64,000 bases of DNA, from positions 69,130-133,129 of the forward strand of contig MEOG01000096.1 of NCBI GenBank assembly GCA_001769125.1, given 5' to 3'. Shown piece by piece: positions 53,679 to 61,875 of the stretch. The translations under genes were made by a program, and so were the position numbers. The notes below the pieces were generated by a model. The model did no database searches, was not told where the DNA came from, and saw nothing but the letters and a program-made list of their open reading frames with translations. How positions within the stretch are numbered: the first letter of the stretch is position 1; each line of letters opens with the position of its first letter. Source of the stretch: Bacteroidetes bacterium GWF2_35_48 (GTDB lineage Bacteria > Bacteroidota > Bacteroidia > Bacteroidales > GWF2-35-48).

Positions 53679-54062
53679 GTCTACAGTCTACAGTCCTCAG
53701 TCTTCAGTCTACATGACTGCCGACTTTTCAGACTGCCGACTGCCGACTTTTCGACTGCCGACTGCCGACTCTTTCGACTGCCGACTGCCGACTTTTCAGA
53801 CTGCCGACTGCCGACTTTTCAGACTGCCGACTGCCAACTTTTCAGACTGCCGACTACCGACTTTTCAGACTGCCGACTGCCAACTTTTCAGACTGCCGAC
53901 TGCCGACTTTTCGACTGCCGACTGCCAACTTTTCAGACTGCCGACTGCCGACTTTTCAGACTGCCGACTGCCGACTTTTCGACTGCCAACTTTTCAGACT
54001 GCCAACTGCCGACTTTTTCGACTGCCGACTGCCGACTCTTTCGACTGCCGACTTTATTTTTC
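53679..54062 (+). repeat. Tandem array: (GTCTACA)x5 then 16 units of ~23 bp GACTGCC-GACTGCC-GACTTTT-CA
   Basis: I walked all units by hand: 53715-53730 (16 bp), then 22/23-bp units at 53731, 53753, 53776, 53799, 53822, 53845, 53868, 53891, 53913, 53936 and 53959, a 16-bp unit at 53981, then 53997, 54020 and 54043. The few variants are G>A (GCCAAC), TACC and CTCTTTC. The array is flanked by an approximate IR, GTGTTGCAAAGTG (53648) and CACGTGCGCAACAC (54083). Confidence 0.9.
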
Positions 54063-54107
54063 ATCTTCCTCCATTTTCTACCACGTGCGCAACACTTGTT
54101 ATAATAA

Positions 54108-57100
54108 TTAATCTTTAGCTTGAATAACCGGAATTGTGAAATAAAAAACGGTTCCTCTTCCTTCTTCTGATTCAAGCCAAATTCTACCTCCCATAGATTC
54201 TACAAAGCCTTTACAAATTTGTAATCCGAATCCGGTTTTTGAATTCGATTTTATATTTCTTCCTGCCTCATTGTTTCCATCAAAAATACTCTTTTGCCTA
54301 TCATGAGCAATTCCAACGCCAGAATCTTTTACATAAAAATAGATATAATCATCATCTCTGTTATTGCATCCAATTTCAATTGATCCAAAATAAGTGTTAT
54401 TAACAGCATTTTCAATTAATTTTTCAAACACCAGTAAAAGTTTATTCTCATCACAATTGATAATGGGGTTTGTTTTTGTTATTTCTGAATAAGAAATAAA
54501 TTCTATTTTTCTTTCTTTAATAGGTTTATAATCTAAATATTTGACATGAAGTTCCTGAATTAAAGCATTAACATTACAATCACTGATATTTAATTCAAGT
54601 GAACCGTCATTAATTTGTGAAATAAATTTCAAATCATTCATAATATAAAGCAGATCATTTCCTTTTTCAAAAATAGATTCAAGAAGAAAAGTTCTCTTTT
54701 TATCAGTAATATCTTTCTTTTTAAGTAACATCGAAAATCCGATAATGGAATTCATGGGTATACGAATTTTCCGTGAAAGATTATCAAGAAAAAGCGATTT
54801 GCTTTTCTCAAGTATTTCCATGTTATTTTTTATTTTTTCTATTTCATGAATAAAGTTATTTTTTTCTGTCTGATCTTTTAGTAACAAAACATATCCGTTA
54901 TATTTTTTGAATTTATCATATAAATGAAATATTGTAACATAAGAAGGTAATGTCAATTCGTCTTTTTTTCTGAAAGACATTTCTTTTCCTGAAATAGTTG
55001 CATGACTACAAATTAAGGATATAAATTTTTCAGCATCTTCAGCGAAACAAATATCATAAAGAGAAAGGGCTTTGATTTCTATTTCAGAAAATCCCAGCAT
55101 AGAACAAAACGAAGCATTTGTATAAATAAATTTATTCTGTTCATTTACCATTGCAATACCTTGCGTTGAAAAATTTACAATTCCATCTAATTCGGTCTGC
55201 ATTTTATACAAGAGCTTCTCTTTTTCTATATTTGATGTAACATCATATACTATTGCGTGGATATACTCAATATTTCCTTCATCATCGGAAATGGGTTTAA
55301 TTTTAACGCGCAGGTTGCATTTTTTATTCCATTTTGAAATATACTCATGTTCCGATATAATTTCCTGCTGTGTAGCAATTGCCTCCTGAAGTTTTTGAGA
55401 AATACCGGCATCAATAAGATTCTGAAATGTAAGAATATTTATTTTCTTCGTTTGCTCAAGAGAGGGGGAACCCAAAATTCTTATCAGAGATTCATTCGCC
55501 TCTATAATATTTCCATTTAAATCTATTATAAGAATTCCAGAATCAGCATTTTCAAAAAGATTTCTGAATTTCTTTTCATTAAGTCTCAAGTTTTCTTCTA
55601 TTCTTTTCTGATCAGAAATATCTCTGGCAACGCCTAACAAACCAAGAGGGTTTCCCCTATCATCTTTTAACAATGTAGATGACATCTGTGTCGGAAAATT
55701 TGTCCCGTCTTTTTTAACATGCCCTACAACCCCATTGTATTTTCCTATCATTAGTACTTTTTCATTAAAAGGATTTACGTCCTTTATTAATTGCTCTTCA
55801 GTGTGGCAAATACGCAGATGTCTGCCAACCATTTCGTCGTGATTATAGCCATGCATTTCTAACCATGAATTATTTGCGAACCTCAATATTCCATCCATAT
55901 CAGCAATTGCTATTCCATCAAGAGCCTGCTTCAATCCTATTTCAAAAAAACGAAGATTATGTTCAGCCATTACACGATCTGTAATGTCAGACAGAATTCC
56001 TATTATGCCTGTAACTCTTCCATCTTGAACAACTGCCCTGCTTGTATTACGAACATATTTAATACCTCCGTTTTTAAAAAGCACTCTGAATTCAACAGGC
56101 TCTTGTTTTCCCTCAAGCGCGCCGGCATAATTTCTCATTAAAACAGGAATATCCTCTGCAAAAATAAATTCAATAAAAGGTTTGCCTATAATGTCCTGAA
56201 CTGTATAATCCGTAATTTTTTCAGCCATAGGACTTATATAGGTAACGACTCCTTGAGTGTCGAGCGTAAAAATAACATCGGAAATGTTATTCACAAGATC
56301 TCTGTATTTCTCTTCGTTTTCCCTGAGAGCTTCTTCTGCCTGTTTACGTTCATTAATATCAACAACAACACCATATATCAAATCAGAATCAAGATTCCCG
56401 CAGATTCTCAATTCGGCAAAAAAAACATCGCCACTTTTTTTCAAACATTCAATTTCAACCGGGCTTGTATCATTATTCATGGACTTTTGGAACATTACCT
56501 GTTTTATAAAATCTCTTTTTTCAGGAATCGCAAGATTCCATGCCGGAATACCAATCATTTCCTCCTCTTTGTATTCAAACATTCTAAGCATTGCTGAATT
56601 TACAGTAGTAAAATGACCATTCAAAGTAGAATAAATTCCATCCGTAATACTTTCCACAAGCAAACGATATCTATCTTCGCTCTTTTTTAACTCAAGTTCA
56701 GATTTTTTCTTTTCAGTAATATCTTCCGCTATCTGCACAAAAAATTCGGGTTTTCCTGATGTATTAAGGATAGAAAAAATAATAAATTTGACAAAAACAT
56801 CTTCATCAGCTAATGAAGAATCAACTTTTCCAGGATTATAGTATATTTCTGGGACAACCACTATTTTCCCTATCTTAATATCATCAAAACTGGCAGCAAA
56901 ATCAGGATTAAAACGTGGGATGTCAAATAAATTAGGTTTTTCTGATGGAGGAGCTTTAAATATTTTTTTTGCTGCATCATTATATTTAACACGAAAACCA
57001 TCTTTATCATATATTATTATGCCTAAAGGATTCTTATTAATGATGTTATCTGAAATAGCCTTTTCATTAATTAAAATCTCTTCAAGATGTTTTTTTTCTG

Positions 57101-57857
57101 CAATTTCATTAATTAATTGTTGATTTGTGCTTAACAGGGTTTCTGTTCTTTCTTTTACTATTTTTTCAAGATTCTGATTCATTCTATTCAATGCCTGATC
57201 TACCTTATCCTTTTCTAAAATCTCATCTTCAAGCTTTTTCTGATGCAGAAAAAAACGCTTTCTTTGTGCGTAAATAATTATAGAAATAATACAACAAAAT
57301 ACCACTACTATACTGGCAGCAGATATTTGCTGAAAATAATCTGCAATATTTGTTGTGTTCAAATACCTTCCGATAAGAAAAACCATGTATGAAACACTGT
57401 ATGCAGAGATGCTAAGGGGAGCAGGAGCATAAATCAGCAAAGCAATACAAAAGCACCCAATCACATACATTACAATCACTCGGGAAGGAGAATATTCATA
57501 AACAGAAAATAATGCAGCCCATAATAAAACAGCAAAAACAAAAAGCCATACAAAAAGATTATACTCTACAGGAGGCATATCTTTTCTTCTGCGCGTATGC
57601 AATAACAATGAAAAAATCAGAATAAAAATAAATAAAGAAAGATTAAGATAAAAATTGTATTTATAATTAATCTCTTCTGAAAAAAGACCTTTAGAATAAT
57701 CAAGAAAATCTGTAATAAACAAAGGAATACATAATAATAACAAGACTATTGAAAATATTTTTAATCGGGAAATATTTTCCTTTAATACAACTATAAGATA
57801 CTCGCTTGAATGCTGACCGGGAACTTCCTGAAAAACACGGTTAAAAAATTTTATCAT
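54108..57857 (-). CDS. Multi-PAS membrane sensor kinase-like protein (HisKA-like + HATPase_c) with non-canonical H-box
   Basis: 1249 aa. The layout is ~6 N-terminal TM helices, a coiled coil, at least 5 PAS/PAC modules, a dimerisation H-box region FLDNLSRKIRIPMNSIIGF, and an intact ATPase domain (LIENAVNNT, VKDSGVGI, GFGLQICKGFVESMGG). Confidence 0.85.
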   Translation of the reverse strand: MIKFFNRVFQEVPGQHSSEYLIVVLKENISRLKIFSIVLLLLCIPLFITDFLDYSKGLFSEEINYKYNFYLNLSLFIFILIFSLLLHTRRRKDMPPVEYNLFVWLFVFAVLLWAALFSVYEYSPSRVIVMYVIGCFCIALLIYAPAPLSISAYSVSYMVFLIGRYLNTTNIADYFQQISAASIVVVFCCIISIIIYAQRKRFFLHQKKLEDEILEKDKVDQALNRMNQNLEKIVKERTETLLSTNQQLINEIAEKKHLEEILINEKAISDNIINKNPLGIIIYDKDGFRVKYNDAAKKIFKAPPSEKPNLFDIPRFNPDFAASFDDIKIGKIVVVPEIYYNPGKVDSSLADEDVFVKFIIFSILNTSGKPEFFVQIAEDITEKKKSELELKKSEDRYRLLVESITDGIYSTLNGHFTTVNSAMLRMFEYKEEEMIGIPAWNLAIPEKRDFIKQVMFQKSMNNDTSPVEIECLKKSGDVFFAELRICGNLDSDLIYGVVVDINERKQAEEALRENEEKYRDLVNNISDVIFTLDTQGVVTYISPMAEKITDYTVQDIIGKPFIEFIFAEDIPVLMRNYAGALEGKQEPVEFRVLFKNGGIKYVRNTSRAVVQDGRVTGIIGILSDITDRVMAEHNLRFFEIGLKQALDGIAIADMDGILRFANNSWLEMHGYNHDEMVGRHLRICHTEEQLIKDVNPFNEKVLMIGKYNGVVGHVKKDGTNFPTQMSSTLLKDDRGNPLGLLGVARDISDQKRIEENLRLNEKKFRNLFENADSGILIIDLNGNIIEANESLIRILGSPSLEQTKKINILTFQNLIDAGISQKLQEAIATQQEIISEHEYISKWNKKCNLRVKIKPISDDEGNIEYIHAIVYDVTSNIEKEKLLYKMQTELDGIVNFSTQGIAMVNEQNKFIYTNASFCSMLGFSEIEIKALSLYDICFAEDAEKFISLICSHATISGKEMSFRKKDELTLPSYVTIFHLYDKFKKYNGYVLLLKDQTEKNNFIHEIEKIKNNMEILEKSKSLFLDNLSRKIRIPMNSIIGFSMLLKKKDITDKKRTFLLESIFEKGNDLLYIMNDLKFISQINDGSLELNISDCNVNALIQELHVKYLDYKPIKERKIEFISYSEITKTNPIINCDENKLLLVFEKLIENAVNNTYFGSIEIGCNNRDDDYIYFYVKDSGVGIAHDRQKSIFDGNNEAGRNIKSNSKTGFGLQICKGFVESMGGRIWLESEEGRGTVFYFTIPVIQAKD

Positions 57858-57919
57858 AATTATGAAATATATTTTGCTCTGAATTACGGATAAATTAGTT
57901 TCATTTTTTTATTTAAAAT

Positions 57920-58003
57920 AGTCAACAGTCAACAGTCAACAGTCAACAGTCAACGTTCAACAACTTGAAATTTGAAACATTAAACATGAAACATGAAACA
58001 AAC
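57920..58003 (+). repeat. Phased heptamer arrays (AGTCAAC)x5-6 followed by AACTTGA/AATTTGA/AACATTA/(AACATGA)x2/AACAAAC
   Basis: Twelve consecutive 7-bp units in one phase. It lies between the kinase gene start (57857, -) and the promoter of the 58144 gene (+). A 10-bp IR, ACATAATAAA/TTTATTATGT, follows at 58005-58058. Confidence 0.8.
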
Positions 58004-58115
58004 TTACATAATAAATTACAATTCTAAATGTTTCATAAACTAAAAGTTTATTATGTTGTAAATTTTTCTCTGATACCATAACTCAATGATTCACGTTTTC
58101 AAGGGAAAAATAAAT

Positions 58116-58123
58116 TACATTTG
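58116..58123 (+). promoter_or_regulatory. -7 promoter box TACATTTG upstream of 58144
   Basis: TAnnTTTG match 21 nt before the TTG start. Confidence 0.4.
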
Positions 58124-58143
58124 CAGTTTAAAGTAATTATCAT

Positions 58144-61100
58144 TTGAAGCATTTTTTTGTTATAGCAAGTCTGCTTTTTGCTTCGCACGGAATTGTTTAT
58201 TCCCAAAATATTTCAAATATACGGGCAGTAAACCTTTCCCTGACTTCTGATACCATTCAATTAGATACATTAAGCATTCTGCCAAATTCCGTTTTTATTT
58301 TTGATTCTTCCGGCAGATTAATCAGCGATACACTTTACCGTATAGATTATGGAAAAGCATTGTTAATCCCTTCTCCTTCCATGAAGCAAAAATATGCTGA
58401 TGAAGTCAGGACATCGTATAAAGTATTTCCCTTTTCGTTTTCAAAGCCTTATTTCCATAAAGATATTTCATCAATCGGTATGCTCCAGAATAACGAAATA
58501 AAACCTTTCAAATTAATTTTTGACACACCCTCGAAAAGCAGCTTTTTCGACAGAGACGAATTAACAAAAAAGGGTAGTATTTCGCGTGGAATCAGCTTCG
58601 GAAACAATCAGGATGTCATTGTAAATTCAAACCTGAATCTACAGTTATCAGGTAAAATAAGCGACAATTTGGAAATTCTTGCAGCAATATCTGACAATAA
58701 CATTCCGATTCAACCAGACGGAAACACGCAGCAAATACAAGAGTTTGACAAAGTTTTTATTCAGTTGTTCAATAAAACTACAAAAATGATTGTGGGCGAT
58801 TATGAAATAACAAGACCCCGAAGTTATTTTATGAATATCAATAAAAAGGTACAGGGGGGGATTTTTAATACAGAGCAGGATCTGAACAAAGAGAAAAAAA
58901 GCAAATTTAAAACGATTGCAAGTGGTGCTGTTTCCAAAGGAAAATATAACAAATTAAATATTCAGGGCATTGAAGGAAATCAGGGTCCTTACAAATTAAC
59001 TGGTGCTGAGAATGAAAGATACATTATTATTCTTGCAGGAACTGAAAATATATATATTGATGGAAAACTCTTGAAAAGAGGGCAGGAAAACGATTACACT
59101 ATAGATTACAACAATGGAGAGCTTACCTTTACGACAAATCAACCCATAACAAAAGATAAAAGAATTACCATGGAATTTCAATATTCAGATAAAAACTACG
59201 TAAGATTTCTTATCTATAACAGTAATGAAATAAAAACAGAAAAAGGGATTTTCTGGGTAAATATTTTTTCAGAACAAGATAGTAAAAACCAACCGCTTGA
59301 CCAGATTCTTACGGATGAACAGAAAAATATTATGGAAGCTATCGGAGACAGCCTTAACAATGCCATTGTACCAAAAATTGACAGCGTAGGATTTAAAAAT
59401 GACATGGTTCTTTATAAACGCATTGATACACTTATAGACGGAATACTCTATGATAGTATTTACGTTTATTCCACACATCCTGACAGCGCTTTTTTCAGAT
59501 TGGGATTTTCGTATGTTGGCGCAGGCAATGGAAATTATTTACCCTATGTAACTACTGCCAATGGAAAAGTCTACAAATGGATTGCGCCCCTTGCAGGTGT
59601 TAAACAAGGGAGTCACGAACCGATTATTCTTCTTGTAACTCCCAAAAAGAAACAAATGGCAACAATAGGAGGAGAATTCCGCATAAGACCTTTCACTAAA
59701 ACTTTTTTTGAACTGGCTCTAACGAATAATGATATCAATACATTTTCGCCAAAAAACCGCAGCAATGACGATGGTTATGCATTTAAAACCCGGATATCAC
59801 AGGAATTTCTGGTAAAAGACACAATGAATCAAAAATTAACCGGCAACATAAACTTTCAATTAATTACTGCAAATTTCGACCCGCTTGAACAATTCAGAAG
59901 TATAGAATTTTCGCGGGACTGGAATCTTGCAGCCAAAAATATTTCAGCGCAGGAACAATTGGTAAATTTTGATCTTTCATATTTCAAAAATAAAAGCGGA
60001 ACAGCAAAGTACGCAATAGACTGGATGAGAAGAGAAGGTGTATGGAACGGGTTGAAAAATGGATTAGAAGCAGATTGGAAATACAAAGGGATGAAACTCT
60101 CTGCAAAAGGAAATATTATGAATTCACAAGATACAATAAATACTACCCGCTTCATCAGGCATAGCGCAAGTCTTTCTCGGGATTTCAAATATTTTACTAT
60201 TGGTATAAAAGAAGAACAGGAAAACAACAGATGGGAAAAAAATAACTCCGATACACTCCTGCTCAACAGTTTTTCTTTTAATCAATACGAAGCATTTATT
60301 GCAAGTCCGGATTCTGCAAAAATCAATATTTTTTCTAATTATAAATACAGAGAAGACTATCATCCTTTAGCTACAAGTCTGCTTGCAGCAACACAATCCA
60401 ACGACATCAGCGCAGGAATTTCTATGATGCAAAATCAAAATCAGACCTTCAAATTAACAGGAAATTACAGGGAACTCATAATTAAAGATACACTTCTCAG
60501 TGCCAACAAACCTGAAAATACAATTACAGGTAAAATAGAGTATACACTGCAAAAATACAAAGGGGCTATATCTACATCTGTTTTTTATGAACTGGGTTCA
60601 GGACTGGAATTAAAAAAAGAATTCTCATTCATTGAAGTAGCGCAAGGGCAGGGCGTATATACATGGAACGACTACAATAATAATGGAATTACGGAGCTAA
60701 ATGAGTTTGAAGTTACAGATTTCAGCGATAAGAGAAATTATATTCGCATTTTTACTCCTACAACGGATTATGTTAAAACATTCACAAATCAATTCAATGC
60801 AATACTCAATTTACGACCTGAAAAAATATGGTCAAATTTAACAGGACTGAAAAAAACTTTGTCTCGTTTTTCAAATCAGCTTGCATTCAGAATAGATCAG
60901 AAAACAGCTCAGGATAACATTCTTCTTACAGCCAATCCCTTTGCAAATTCCTTTGGAATAAATTCCATTGAAGACAGCAGTCTTATAAGCATAAGTTCAT
61001 CTTTTAAAAATTTATTTTCTTTTCAAAAAACACACCCTGTTTTTGGTGCGGATTTTCTCTATCAGGAAACAAAAAATAAAATTTTATTGGTAAATGGTTT

Positions 61101-61647
61101 TGATTCCCGCGAACATATTGTAAACGGCTTACGCGCACGCTGGAATATCACAAAAAAAATAACATGGATGAACAGCAATGATTTGGGTGAAAAAAAATAT
61201 ACATCTGAATTTTTCAGTTCCAAAAATTACCGGATTCCGTATTTTTTAAATGAAACAAATCTTAGCTTTCAACCTAATCTTTCCTTACGGTTTAGTTTGA
61301 TTTATAAATATCAAAACAAACTCAACACATCGGGAAAAGAGAAATCGGAATCAAATAATATAGGAACAGAAATTAAATTTAATTCTGTAAAAAAAGGAAG
61401 TTTTACAGTTAATATTAATTATATAAATGTCAACTATAAAACTTCCGAAGAAATCATCAATACCAATACGCCTATAGCCTACGAAATGCTTGAAGGTCTG
61501 ATGCCCGGCAATAATGCATCGTGGGCAGTACAATTTCAGAGAAACCTTACCAATGTTTTACAGATGAACCTAAATTATACGGGCAGGATTTCAGAAGGAA
61601 CAAAAGCAGTACATACAGGGGGAGTACAACTCAGAGCTGTATTTTAA
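58144..61647 (+). CDS. Large (1167 aa) conserved-looking hypothetical outer-membrane protein, probable giant beta-barrel
   Basis: Has a TTG start and a signal peptide (FVIASLLFASHGIVYSQ). The long C-terminal region is strand-like and rich in alternating aromatics. The protein ends in ...GGVQLRAVF, a terminal Phe typical of BAM substrates. No family name recalled. Confidence 0.7.
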   Translation: MKHFFVIASLLFASHGIVYSQNISNIRAVNLSLTSDTIQLDTLSILPNSVFIFDSSGRLISDTLYRIDYGKALLIPSPSMKQKYADEVRTSYKVFPFSFSKPYFHKDISSIGMLQNNEIKPFKLIFDTPSKSSFFDRDELTKKGSISRGISFGNNQDVIVNSNLNLQLSGKISDNLEILAAISDNNIPIQPDGNTQQIQEFDKVFIQLFNKTTKMIVGDYEITRPRSYFMNINKKVQGGIFNTEQDLNKEKKSKFKTIASGAVSKGKYNKLNIQGIEGNQGPYKLTGAENERYIIILAGTENIYIDGKLLKRGQENDYTIDYNNGELTFTTNQPITKDKRITMEFQYSDKNYVRFLIYNSNEIKTEKGIFWVNIFSEQDSKNQPLDQILTDEQKNIMEAIGDSLNNAIVPKIDSVGFKNDMVLYKRIDTLIDGILYDSIYVYSTHPDSAFFRLGFSYVGAGNGNYLPYVTTANGKVYKWIAPLAGVKQGSHEPIILLVTPKKKQMATIGGEFRIRPFTKTFFELALTNNDINTFSPKNRSNDDGYAFKTRISQEFLVKDTMNQKLTGNINFQLITANFDPLEQFRSIEFSRDWNLAAKNISAQEQLVNFDLSYFKNKSGTAKYAIDWMRREGVWNGLKNGLEADWKYKGMKLSAKGNIMNSQDTINTTRFIRHSASLSRDFKYFTIGIKEEQENNRWEKNNSDTLLLNSFSFNQYEAFIASPDSAKINIFSNYKYREDYHPLATSLLAATQSNDISAGISMMQNQNQTFKLTGNYRELIIKDTLLSANKPENTITGKIEYTLQKYKGAISTSVFYELGSGLELKKEFSFIEVAQGQGVYTWNDYNNNGITELNEFEVTDFSDKRNYIRIFTPTTDYVKTFTNQFNAILNLRPEKIWSNLTGLKKTLSRFSNQLAFRIDQKTAQDNILLTANPFANSFGINSIEDSSLISISSSFKNLFSFQKTHPVFGADFLYQETKNKILLVNGFDSREHIVNGLRARWNITKKITWMNSNDLGEKKYTSEFFSSKNYRIPYFLNETNLSFQPNLSLRFSLIYKYQNKLNTSGKEKSESNNIGTEIKFNSVKKGSFTVNINYINVNYKTSEEIINTNTPIAYEMLEGLMPGNNASWAVQFQRNLTNVLQMNLNYTGRISEGTKAVHTGGVQLRAVF

Positions 61648-61875
61648 ATTATTAACCTGTATATTTGGTTGCGATTATAAATCTATTTAATGTTAAGATG
61701 GAGTAGAAAATGGAGTAATGAATAAAACAGGTTCGTTTTCTAACAGTAATTGTTAATAAATACAAATTATTTCATAAACCTTTTGATAAATAGAGCGTAT
61801 ATAGTTGAAAACTTTAATCTTTCTTTTAATGATTAATTGCGTTAAAATATGTTTTTTTGAGTTTAAATCTGGATT

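Noticed and set aside
53679-54062. Possible CRISPR array
   Set aside because: The units are directly contiguous with no unique spacers. The unit length (23 bp) and composition are atypical, there is no leader, and there are no cas genes anywhere in the window.
53542-54111. Two long plus-strand ORFs (189 and 152 aa) with repetitive peptides such as TADCRLFRLPTADFS
   Set aside because: They are simply translations of the 23-bp tandem array in two frames. They have no start context or promoter box, the periodic peptide follows the DNA unit, and both run antisense into neighbouring gene ends.
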